A DNA stretch of 20,000 nucleotides from an uncultured virus (IMG/VR IMGVR_UViG_3300037419_002733) (Duplodnaviria; Heunggongvirae; Uroviricota; Caudoviricetes), in IMG/VR virus record IMGVR_UViG_3300037419_002733, one strand, 5' to 3'. Shown here piece by piece: positions 1 to 7,889 of the stretch (positions are counted from its first letter, which is position 1; each line of letters starts with the position of its first letter). The position numbers and the translations under genes were made by a program. Under the pieces are notes generated by a model. The model was given only the letters and a program-made list of their open reading frames with translations. It did not search any database and had not been told where the DNA came from.

Positions 1-882
1 GTCGGGGTAACTGGAACTTATGGGGCATCATCATCTTCCAACTGCGGATGTAATTTCGTATTCAACGACAGTTTGCTGGATTTCAATCCAACAACGGGAT
101 CTTGGATCGGTCCGCTCAATTCCGGGATGCCAGATGCGGGACCGATCATGGAAATGGTCCTCGATTCCTCCTTGCATGGTTACTATTACGAATTAAGTTA
201 TAATGATTCGACCCAGAAATGGGACCTCAAGGCTCACGCGCCGGTCAATCCATCCGGCGGCAACAACACCGACTGTACCTTGATGCATACCTCATGGGCG
301 GCAGCAAATTGGAATTGCTGCGGCGTCAACAATCTTTCCACCTCGGAAAGCACGTCCTTTACGTCATCTTGTGCTATTGCTACATATAATTTGACCTTAA
401 CTCCTTACAGGTATTGTGCCCCAACCCCTTTCCAGATTCGTTGTGGCAAGTGCGCCCTCGCGACGAAAGTTCCGAATACGATCACTCTGCATACCCAATT
501 CGGCGCAGGGAGTACGTGCCAGGCGACCGCGTTGGCTGGGACATTCACGCTCCAAAGATACACGTCGATACATCCATGCCATTGGGTGGGGGACATTCCG
601 GCTTTGCCGAATGTGAAATGGGTTATGGGGTATACAGATCACGGGGTATTCGCCGACAGCATGGGATATATATATCCCACCGGGCTTGCCAACAAGTGGT
701 ATATTACTGCATTTGATCCCATGTCAACATATGTGATGTGGTGGACGATTTCTGATCAGGATTTCAATTGCTGTGCGGAGACCTCAGCCTGGGATCTTAA
801 TGAGAGTAATTTGTCCCCGTGTAACCCCGGTGTAGGGAGCATAGCCACTACAACTCCCGTAACCCCTACAGGATGCCATTGA
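1..882 (+). CDS. Cysteine-rich hypothetical protein, 5'-truncated by the window edge (possibly virion/tail-associated or extracellular)
   Basis: Frame 1 is open from base 1 to TGA at 880-882. About 15 Cys, two 'NCC' modules (WNCCGVN, FNCCAET), rich in Thr/Ser/Gly/Trp. Confidence 0.75.
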   Translation, partial: VGVTGTYGASSSSNCGCNFVFNDSLLDFNPTTGSWIGPLNSGMPDAGPIMEMVLDSSLHGYYYELSYNDSTQKWDLKAHAPVNPSGGNNTDCTLMHTSWAAANWNCCGVNNLSTSESTSFTSSCAIATYNLTLTPYRYCAPTPFQIRCGKCALATKVPNTITLHTQFGAGSTCQATALAGTFTLQRYTSIHPCHWVGDIPALPNVKWVMGYTDHGVFADSMGYIYPTGLANKWYITAFDPMSTYVMWWTISDQDFNCCAETSAWDLNESNLSPCNPGVGSIATTTPVTPTGCH

Positions 883-983
883 GGTCTGGCAATTTTCTCT
901 GGTTTTTAGTTTACAGGCTAAAAAGAACCGGCTATAGTAAAGGGAGACGATTGGAGTTACGTGTTCATTCAAAGGTGACCACC

Positions 984-2234
984 ATGGCACCGAGGGGCAA
1001 AGGAACGATGAACCATGTCGGAGAAGAATCGCCTAATGAATTAGAATCCTTATTCTTGAAGCAAGGCGAGGGTTCAAGCGTCCTTTCGTCCTATAGCGAC
1101 GAAGAGAATTTCCTGCGGCAGTTGTTCTGCGAACAGTCGGACAATCAACACCTTGCTCACATGATAAAGCAAGATGTTGCCGAGTGGGACATGAAAGCAC
1201 TCGATGCTTTCATGGAATTCTCTGATTTCGCTGCCAAGCAGGAGGAAGGTATACTTGTACCAGAAGTCGGCGAGGAAGTCAAGACCGATCCCAAGAAGTT
1301 TCCGCAAGTGAAGATCGACGAGGTAATCCTCGGTTATGCCGCCAATCCCGAGTACGAGAAGCTGATCAACGACCCGGCGACGAAGACGTTGCGTGATCTC
1401 AACGCCAAGATCGACGTATCGGCTGATCCGTATCGTCTCGGACAAGATGCGTGGAATCCGGCTCGTTGGCGATATGTCCAAGGAACCGCTCCTTGTGTCA
1501 GATCCGTCCGGACGCTTGAGACCAAGCAAGAGCAGGACGCAGGTACACAGCCTGAGGTTCGCCCGTCAACACCTGAATCTGTATCTCCCGTGAACGAGGA
1601 TGAGAGTGGGACCATTGATGAAACGCCAGGGGATGTCCCTGCGGATGGTTTCCACGACGAGTTGGAAGTTGGGAAAGGAAAAGAAATCATGTCGGCAAGC
1701 TTTGGTGAGAAGTCGCCTTCGTGGCACAAAGGCAAGAAATTCAGCATCGGGCTGGCGATGCTGACGGCATTACTGACGCTCGATTCGACCAACATGGTCA
1801 AGAGCGCCTCCTACGTCTGGAACGCGGTCGGCATCAACAAGCAGGTCGGCGACGGCAGCGACGGCTACGTGGCGTATAGTAACTATGTCCTTGCCCAAGC
1901 CGAGTACAACGCGGTCAAAAGCCAGTTCGAGAAGGTCGAGTCGACCTTGAAGGGCGAGGAACTATTCGACGAGGTCGAGAAGCTCCGCGATGCTCGGCAC
2001 CACCTGAAGGACGCGAAGGAGAAGTTCCTCAAGCAAGTCGGCGAACGCAACAACCTCAGCGCCGATGCGAAACACGTCGTCATGGCGGCGGCTCAGAATA
2101 TGGACATCCCCGAGAAGAAGGTGGCGACTCCTGAAACGAGGGACGGCGACTTCCCCCATGCCGGTCCTGAGACAAAAACCACCGCCGCGCCCCACGAATT
2201 CGATCCTGACGCGAAGGAAAAGAGCAAGAAGTGA
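984..2234 (+). CDS. Hypothetical protein with acidic region, one hydrophobic segment and C-terminal coiled coil
   Basis: ORF 873..2234. Likely start ATG984 (AAGGTG upstream) or ATG1008 (AAGGA upstream). Hydrophobic FSIGLAMLTALLTL segment. Followed by a terminator hairpin. Confidence 0.75.
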   Translation: MAPRGKGTMNHVGEESPNELESLFLKQGEGSSVLSSYSDEENFLRQLFCEQSDNQHLAHMIKQDVAEWDMKALDAFMEFSDFAAKQEEGILVPEVGEEVKTDPKKFPQVKIDEVILGYAANPEYEKLINDPATKTLRDLNAKIDVSADPYRLGQDAWNPARWRYVQGTAPCVRSVRTLETKQEQDAGTQPEVRPSTPESVSPVNEDESGTIDETPGDVPADGFHDELEVGKGKEIMSASFGEKSPSWHKGKKFSIGLAMLTALLTLDSTNMVKSASYVWNAVGINKQVGDGSDGYVAYSNYVLAQAEYNAVKSQFEKVESTLKGEELFDEVEKLRDARHHLKDAKEKFLKQVGERNNLSADAKHVVMAAAQNMDIPEKKVATPETRDGDFPHAGPETKTTAAPHEFDPDAKEKSKK

Positions 2235-2289
2235 TCTGACCTTTCCGGATCACCCCTTGCTCGATGTCCGAAGAGTCTGATGCCCTCTC

Positions 2290-2337
2290 AGAAACCCGTT
2301 GAAAACATTTGAAGGTTTTTCAACGGGTTTCTTTTAT
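2290..2337 (+). terminator. Rho-independent terminator
   Basis: 16-bp perfect inverted repeat AGAAACCCGTTGAAAA (2290-2305) / TTTTCAACGGGTTTCT (2317-2332), followed by a T-rich run, downstream of a stop codon. Confidence 0.8.
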
Positions 2338-2411
2338 TAGTTGTCGTTCTAACTTCTGCTCTGCTTAACTTCGTGCCGCGACGGCACAAAATAGCAAAAG
2401 GACAGCTAGGA

Positions 2412-3290
2412 ATGTCTCTCGATCAACTCAACTCCATGTCCAAGTTGGCTCAACTCGTCCGCAAGGCAGAAGCCAAGACCAAGGGCGGCAAGATCGAACA
2501 GGATCTTGCCGATGCCAAGGACCGACGCGCCAGGGCGATTTCAAACCTCCGAAAAGCCAAGACCTGCTTCGACCAAGAGGCGAGCGTCCTCAAGTCGCAG
2601 ATCGAGGAGTGCGATAAGGATCGAACCAACCTGGAACGGATGGTCAAGGATTTGGCGAAGTTCCGCAAGGATCTCTCCGCGAAGGAACGGGAGCAAGCCG
2701 AAGCCTTGGTGGTGAGTTCCAAAATGGAAGTGGACGCCAAGGAAGAGGCGACACGGGCGCGGTACGACGAGATCAGCAAGGCGCTGGCTGAGGCGAGGAA
2801 GGAAGACAAGGCTTCGAGGGTCGCCTACGAGGCTCTGGTGGAGCAAGCCAGACGGCTGGACCTCGATTCGGAATTGCTGACCGAGGAGAGCGACCAGGAC
2901 GTGGAACTGGCGCTGGGGCTGAGAGGAAGGCTTCGCTACCTGTCGGCTGAGATCGACCGCGTCTTCCCCTGCTACAAGGATATGCCTCGCGAACTCCAAC
3001 ACCAGCAGTTGGCAGTCTGGATGGGGTCCTTGAGGCACATCCAATACCTGTTCGAGACTTCTTTAGACCCGGAAGACCGTCCCGACCAGACGGACATCAA
3101 TGAGCAGCGAAGGCTGTTCCATCGGCTCAAGGACATTTCGAGCCACTACCAGCCAGGTCACATCCCGTCGTTCCAGCAGGCTTGGGAACCCGAGACGGAC
3201 TGGAACGAGTACATGCGGATCGAAGCCGATCGACTCAAGCGGTGCTACGCGGCAATTGCGACACGCGAGACGGCAGTCCCGGTCCGATGA
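2412..3290 (+). CDS. Hypothetical protein with long N-terminal coiled coil and helical C-terminal domain
   Basis: ORF 2373..3290; ATG2412 is preceded by AAGGA. K/E/A/R-rich heptad character over about 170 aa, then a globular tail (WMGSLRHIQ...YQPGHIPSF...DW). Confidence 0.8.
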   Translation: MSLDQLNSMSKLAQLVRKAEAKTKGGKIEQDLADAKDRRARAISNLRKAKTCFDQEASVLKSQIEECDKDRTNLERMVKDLAKFRKDLSAKEREQAEALVVSSKMEVDAKEEATRARYDEISKALAEARKEDKASRVAYEALVEQARRLDLDSELLTEESDQDVELALGLRGRLRYLSAEIDRVFPCYKDMPRELQHQQLAVWMGSLRHIQYLFETSLDPEDRPDQTDINEQRRLFHRLKDISSHYQPGHIPSFQQAWEPETDWNEYMRIEADRLKRCYAAIATRETAVPVR

Positions 3291-3313
3291 CCTGAGTCTG
3301 AAATTCCTGCCTT

Positions 3314-3383
3314 GTGAACTAGCCCCGACCCTTTAGGGTCGGGGCTTCCTATCCAACCAATTGCCTGCCTAAACAGGACTTAC
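3314..3383 (-). mobile_element. IS200/IS605-type right-end / TnpB omegaRNA-like scaffold remnant; the hairpin may also act as a terminator for the upstream gene
   Basis: Minus strand reads GTAAGTCCTGTTTAGGCAGGCAATTGGTTGGATAGGAAGCCCCGACCCTAAAGGGTCGGGGCTAGTTCAC. It has an 11-bp stem (3321-3331/3336-3346) and ends in TTCAC, the layout I recognise from IS605-family right ends. No tnpA or tnpB in the window. Confidence 0.5.
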
Positions 3384-3410
3384 TATCACTATAAAAGACT
3401 CAATGTTACC

Positions 3411-3439
3411 TTGACATCAATTGCTTAATATGGTAAATT
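3411..3439 (+). promoter_or_regulatory. Sigma70-type promoter
   Basis: TTGACA (3411-3416), 17 nt, TAAATT (3434-3439), with an extended TG. Confidence 0.65.
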
Positions 3440-3444
3440 CCTCC

Positions 3445-3830
3445 TCAGACTTCTTTATGGAGTTTGTAGGTCTAACTCAGTAAGCGAAAAACGACCACCA
3501 TAAAAATTCTCGTAATAGACAATTAAATAAATTATTGCTGACGCTTTGTCGATGTGGTCTTTAAGCGTGCTTCTGAATAATGCAAGCATATTCTTGCAGA
3601 TAGCTGTGCCCACTGGTTTACGTCGGACCAGCATTCTAGATGTGTGATAATTTAAATCCAGGCAACGTGTAACCTCACGACCTGGTGGGTAATACGAAAC
3701 ACACTGCTAGGACAGCTTAAGACTCTACCTTGATTTGGAAATTCGTGGCGTAGACCTAGAATTACCCATAAAGGCGACGGTCTATACTGAGAAAGGATTT
3801 TCAGATGCTAAAGCCTACCTTGTTAGCTTT
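3445..3830 (+). ncRNA. Candidate large structured non-coding RNA, class unknown
   Basis: About 460-nt gap without a credible ORF after a near-consensus promoter. Many nested and crossing complementary segments (listed in findings). G-U wobbles favour the + strand. Ends at a GCTAA..TTAGC hairpin plus a T-rich tail. Confidence 0.5.
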
Positions 3831-3905
3831 CGTTCTTGTCTACTACGCCGGACTCTTCTGTTACTTGGGTTGCGTCGAATTCTTCGCGTGTCGAGGGCAT
3901 CAGGA

Positions 3906-4109
3906 ATGATCTCTGTGGTCGTCATCTACCTGCTGATTGGTGTTGCCTGCCACGGCATCTTCGAGGGCGCTAAGTGGCTGGAAGATTGGTCGGTGATCTT
4001 GGGCGGCTACTTCAACGTCGCGTTGGTCCTGTGGTGGCTGCCCTTGCTCCTCGTCGATGTCCTCATGCGGATGACTTTCGATCGGTATGATGCCGTTGAA
4101 GAAGGATAA
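3906..4109 (+). CDS. Small membrane protein with two predicted TM helices
   Basis: ATG3906 is in frame with ORF 3735..4109. Hydrophobic segments MISVVVIYLLIGVAC and VILGGYFNVALVLWWLPLLLV. Confidence 0.6.
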   Translation: MISVVVIYLLIGVACHGIFEGAKWLEDWSVILGGYFNVALVLWWLPLLLVDVLMRMTFDRYDAVEEG

Positions 4110-4114
4110 GTTCA

Positions 4115-4801
4115 ATGACTGATTCCAATCTCAATCGTCGGGAGATGCTGAAGGCGACTATCGCGGGCGGTGCAGTCGCGACCACTCCGGTTGTGGCGAT
4201 TGCTGGTGCCTCGGTGGTTCCCATGGCTCCCTTGCTCTCAACGCCATTGATGACTCTCAAGGGAGTCGGCGAGATCCAGGTCATCGATATGATCCAACAG
4301 ATCATCTACATCAAGACCCTCAAGGGCAAGATGAAGTGGCTGAAGGATGGTGAGCTTCACCGTGACGATGGACCGGCAATCATCGAGCCAGATGGTACGA
4401 GGAGATGGTATCAAAACGGCAAGCTCCACCGAGAAGACGGTCCAGCCATCGAACGGGCTGATGGTATCAAAGAATGGTATCAAGCTGATGAGTTTCATCG
4501 AGCAGACGGACCCGCCATCGAATGTCCCAGCGGAGCCAAATATTGGTATCAGGATGGCAAAAAGCATCGCGAAGATGGACCTGCCATTGAGCATGCCGAT
4601 GGCAGCAAAGAATGGTGGTTGAATGGCAGGCGTCATCGCGAAGATGGACCAGCCGTCGTACACGCCGACGGCTATAAAGCGTGGAGCCTAAATGACAGAT
4701 ACCATCGAGTAGATGGTCCAGCCATAGAACGCGAAAACGGCACCAAAGAATGGTGGCTGAATGGCGATCTCGTTCAGGTTGAACTTGCTCCTAAACAATA
4801 A
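4115..4801 (+). CDS. HREDGPA (MORN-variant-like) repeat protein with twin-arginine-like signal peptide
   Basis: N-terminal LNRREMLK followed by a hydrophobic Ala/Val/Gly stretch. Six ~22-aa W-x-x-x-G-x-x-HR-x-DGPA repeats. AAGGA RBS upstream. Confidence 0.85.
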   Translation: MTDSNLNRREMLKATIAGGAVATTPVVAIAGASVVPMAPLLSTPLMTLKGVGEIQVIDMIQQIIYIKTLKGKMKWLKDGELHRDDGPAIIEPDGTRRWYQNGKLHREDGPAIERADGIKEWYQADEFHRADGPAIECPSGAKYWYQDGKKHREDGPAIEHADGSKEWWLNGRRHREDGPAVVHADGYKAWSLNDRYHRVDGPAIERENGTKEWWLNGDLVQVELAPKQ

Positions 4802-4888
4802 CATCACCACCATCTGTTCGACTGTTGATTAGAACTGACATTCCACGAAATACAGGTCGTTCTTGCGACCAGAACAAGGAACATTGCC

Positions 4889-6718
4889 ATGGCTTCGTCG
4901 AAGCAGATCAAGGTTGGCGACAAGGTCCAAGTTCGACCCGATGTCGCCTGGAAAGAGCATTCGTATGCCAAACCCGGTTCACACCCGAGCACATTGTTCA
5001 CTTTGCGAGCCGGGGATGTCGTCAAGGTGGACACCATTTCCGCCTGGAACTTCATTAGTTTCAAGGTGTTTGGGTTTGAGGATAAGTTTGGTTTATATGT
5101 TTCCGATGTGATTCCTTACGAGGGCGACAAGGAATCGGTCGATGTCGACCCCTCGTTGATCAAGAAGATCGCAACGACGAAGGAGGATATCCCGTTCCAG
5201 TTCGCCCTGCTCGCTATGGAACACGGGGCATCCTCGCCGCAGGTCCACGAGTTCTACGACTTACACAAGTCGGATGCAGAGTTGGTCAAGAAATTCTTCG
5301 AGTTCACGCAACTCATGAATGTGTTTCAGACCAACGTTTACCGCGACCAGATTAAGAATCTGACGGAAGCGAAGCCAGAGAACAAGGTCCAGAAATCGGT
5401 CTCTCGGGAAGCGGTGCGAATCGCCCTGGAGAACATGACCGCTCAGGACGAGACCACGATCGGGACCTCGTCAGCGGCTCGGCTCTCGATCCTGATGAAA
5501 CATTTGAAATCGCTCAAGGAGGTATCGCAGGTCATCGATTTCATTTTCGATGAGATGAAAGAATCAGTCGAAAAAGTGATGAGCGAGGATGATTTGAATG
5601 GGTTTATGATCCCCTCGCTTCATCTGAATATGGATATGTGGCAGAAGATTGCGACCAAGTATCAGAAGTACCTGAAGGTTGCTCCATCATCTCCCACGGA
5701 ACAGCCGGTCTGCGAAACAGATGCCATTGGCACCAAGAGGTGGTATCTGAATGGACAACTTCATAGAGAAGATGGTCCAGCCATCGAATGTGCCAATGGT
5801 CGCAAGGAATGGCATCAGAACGGACAACTCCATCGCGAGGATGGTCCAGCCATCGAACATGTCAATGGCGATAAATGCTGGTATCTGAACGGACAACGCC
5901 ATAGAGAAGATGGTCCTGCCGTTGAATGGGTTGGTGGTCACAAGAAATGGTATCGGAACGGACAACTCCATCGCGAGGATGGTCCCGCTATCGAATGGGC
6001 TGGTGGTCACAAGGAATGGCGGTTGAACGGCAAGCAAGTCACAGAAGCCGATGTCATCAAGCCCAAGTCGCCCGAGAAGGAGCAGCCCGTCTGCGAAACA
6101 GATGCCGATGGCACCAAGAGGTGGTATCTGAATGGACAACGTCATCGCGAGGATGGTCCCGCCATCGAGCATTACGATGGAGGCAAGGAATGGTATCTGA
6201 ACGGACAACTCCATCGCGAAGATGGTCCTGCCATCGAATATGCCCATGGTTTCAAGCAATGGTATCTGAACGGACAACTCCATCGCGAAGATGGTCCCGC
6301 TGTGGAAGACCGTAACGGAGACCAAGAATGGTGGGTGAATGGAGAACGTCATCGCACCGATGGACCTGCCATCGAGAAGGTTTATGGCGGGAAATATTGG
6401 TATCAGAATGGCAAACGCCACCGGACTGATGGACCTGCCATCGAATGTGCCGATGGCACCAAGAGGTGGTATATAGATGGTAAGCTTCACCGCGAGGATG
6501 GTCCTGCTGTTGAATATGCTAATGGTTACAAAGCTTGGTATCTGAACGGACAATTCCATCGCGAGGATGGTCCCGCCATCGAATATGTCAATGGTCGCAA
6601 GGAATGGTGGCTGAACAACAAGCAAGTCACAGAAGCCGATGTCATCAAGCCCAAGTCGCCCGAGAAGGAGCAGCCGGTTTGCCTACAGATGCCAATGGCA
6701 CCAAGAGGTGGTGGCTGA
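4889..6718 (+). CDS. Large HREDGPA repeat protein: SH3/KOW-like N-terminus, helical middle, 11 in-frame repeats, frameshift near the 3' end
   Basis: AAGGA RBS before ATG4889. N-terminal IKVGDKVQV motif. Repeat blocks of 4 and 7 units separated by the linker KQVTEADVIKPKSPEKEQPVC. Repeat frame is lost at ~6683. Confidence 0.85.
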   Translation: MASSKQIKVGDKVQVRPDVAWKEHSYAKPGSHPSTLFTLRAGDVVKVDTISAWNFISFKVFGFEDKFGLYVSDVIPYEGDKESVDVDPSLIKKIATTKEDIPFQFALLAMEHGASSPQVHEFYDLHKSDAELVKKFFEFTQLMNVFQTNVYRDQIKNLTEAKPENKVQKSVSREAVRIALENMTAQDETTIGTSSAARLSILMKHLKSLKEVSQVIDFIFDEMKESVEKVMSEDDLNGFMIPSLHLNMDMWQKIATKYQKYLKVAPSSPTEQPVCETDAIGTKRWYLNGQLHREDGPAIECANGRKEWHQNGQLHREDGPAIEHVNGDKCWYLNGQRHREDGPAVEWVGGHKKWYRNGQLHREDGPAIEWAGGHKEWRLNGKQVTEADVIKPKSPEKEQPVCETDADGTKRWYLNGQRHREDGPAIEHYDGGKEWYLNGQLHREDGPAIEYAHGFKQWYLNGQLHREDGPAVEDRNGDQEWWVNGERHRTDGPAIEKVYGGKYWYQNGKRHRTDGPAIECADGTKRWYIDGKLHREDGPAVEYANGYKAWYLNGQFHREDGPAIEYVNGRKEWWLNNKQVTEADVIKPKSPEKEQPVCLQMPMAPRGGG

Positions 6719-6860
6719 ATAGGCAACTCCATCGCGAGGATGGTCCCGCCATCGAATGTGCCGATGGAACTAAGTTTTGGTATATAGATGGTAAGCTTCA
6801 CCGCGAGGATGGTCCTGCTGTTGAATATGCCGATGGAACTAAGTTTTGGTATATTCAAGG
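5700..6860 (+). repeat. 66-bp coding tandem repeats with a duplicated 57-bp linker
   Basis: Recurrent tggtatctgaacggacaactccatcgcgaggatggtcc units. An identical 57-bp segment occurs at 6031-6087 and 6619-6675. Confidence 0.9.
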
Positions 6861-6888
6861 TTCTCTTCTTCCTATGTACAGCAGCTAG
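6683..6888 (+). pseudogene. Frameshifted C-terminal continuation of the repeat protein (2 more repeats)
   Basis: 'tgc ct aca gat' at 6680 versus 'tgc gaa aca gat' in the two earlier block starts. The shifted frame reads TDANGTKRWWLNRQLHREDGPAIE...WYIQGSLLPMYSS*. Confidence 0.75.
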
Positions 6889-6976
6889 TTCCATCTTCGC
6901 CCGCATGGTCGACCAAAAGGGACTCCGAATCGTTCTCAGTAGCGATTCGGAGTCCCTTTGAAACAAGGACGTCGCG

Positions 6977-7273
6977 ATGAATCAGACCGAAGTGAGAAGG
7001 AATCGCCGACTAGCCAAATTCGCGTACTCACTCAACGATTATTGGTCCTATTTAACCATAATCACGCTTCTCCTGGGTACGTTCTCTCGATTTGGCTTCG
7101 TCCTGCTGGGGACCATCTTCAATACCACCTACCTAACCCGAATCATCTGGCAAGGTTGCCTCCAGAAAACCGAACCTTCGTCAAACCATGACAAGCCATC
7201 CAAAACCGATGGGGACCAAGAAACTGTCCTTACTGACCACAAACAAATGTTATATTATCGCTGGGAAGAATGA
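6977..7273 (+). CDS. Small hypothetical membrane protein
   Basis: AAGGA RBS before ATG6977. Hydrophobic YLTIITLLLGTFSRFGFVLLGTIF. Confidence 0.55.
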   Translation: MNQTEVRRNRRLAKFAYSLNDYWSYLTIITLLLGTFSRFGFVLLGTIFNTTYLTRIIWQGCLQKTEPSSNHDKPSKTDGDQETVLTDHKQMLYYRWEE

Positions 7274-7291
7274 TTAATTAAGGAAATTGGA

Positions 7292-7855
7292 ATGTTTGTA
7301 ATCCCATTAAGAAACATACACGAGACAAAAAGCTATGATTTTAATCTCTTGGAGATGGTTGATACATTCTCCTCCGAGGACCAAGAGTGGTATGATGTCC
7401 ACGGATGGGACCAATTCCGTCCCGAGTTCCACCAGAAACGCCTATTGCCCGAGATCGCCCTACCTCGGCACTACAATACACGCAACAGTGGCGAAATCGT
7501 AATCCCATTGGGGGACAAACGATATCGACTCACCATCAAAGAAGACGCCTGGAGCGAAAATTGGGAAGCAGGGGATAAGGAAGCTGTCTTTGTCGAGACC
7601 GATGATCCCGAGACCAAATATTTCGCTGGCACCAAGGGGACTCGGAGATATCGGGATTACGGAGTCACCCAATTCTTCGGTCAACCTCGGTGGATTCAGG
7701 GCGAATACTTCCCCGCTGATAGCGAAGGTAATCCCTGCAAACACTTGGTTACATATAATAATATCTGGGGAGATGCGGGAAACTGGAACATCCTAGCAGG
7801 CAAATTCGTGGACGGACTTCCGACGGAACTATATTTCGAGGCAAGCTGTTGTTGA
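7292..7855 (+). CDS. Hypothetical protein with DUF1963/YwqG-like C-terminal motifs
   Basis: TAAGGA RBS. FFGQPRWIQ and IWGDAGNWNI resemble the G-x-P-x-x-x-Q ... WGDxG motifs of DUF1963. Confidence 0.6.
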   Translation: MFVIPLRNIHETKSYDFNLLEMVDTFSSEDQEWYDVHGWDQFRPEFHQKRLLPEIALPRHYNTRNSGEIVIPLGDKRYRLTIKEDAWSENWEAGDKEAVFVETDDPETKYFAGTKGTRRYRDYGVTQFFGQPRWIQGEYFPADSEGNPCKHLVTYNNIWGDAGNWNILAGKFVDGLPTELYFEASCC

Positions 7856-7860
7856 TTTAG

Positions 7861-7889
7861 TTGGCAAAAGTCGTTCGACTTGGTATACT
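7861..7889 (+). promoter_or_regulatory. Sigma70-type promoter upstream of the CRISPR leader, with a palindrome in its spacer
   Basis: TTGGCA (7861-7866), 17 nt, TATACT (7884-7889), extended TG. Palindrome AAGTCG-TT-CGACTT at 7868-7881. Confidence 0.6.

Noticed and set aside
3686..3790. Group I intron core (AAGGCGACGGTCTA resembles an S element; P3/P7-like crossing)
   Set aside because: There is no room for P8, no convincing P4-P6 or R consensus, and no interrupted host gene. Left as an unclassified ncRNA pending cmscan.
3445..3830. tmRNA, RNase P RNA or tracrRNA
   Set aside because: No GGGG..CCACCA ends or T-loop, no GAGGAAAGTCC motif, and no anti-repeat complementary to the CRISPR repeat was found by eye.
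3735..3905. N-terminal extension of the small membrane protein (TTG start at 3735)
   Set aside because: No RBS, it overlaps the structured region, and ATG3906 gives a coherent two-TM protein.
5700..6888. Diversity-generating retroelement (TR/VR) among the repeats
   Set aside because: Differences between copies are not adenine-specific (e.g. ggcaccaagagg vs ggaactaagttt), and no reverse transcriptase is present in the window.
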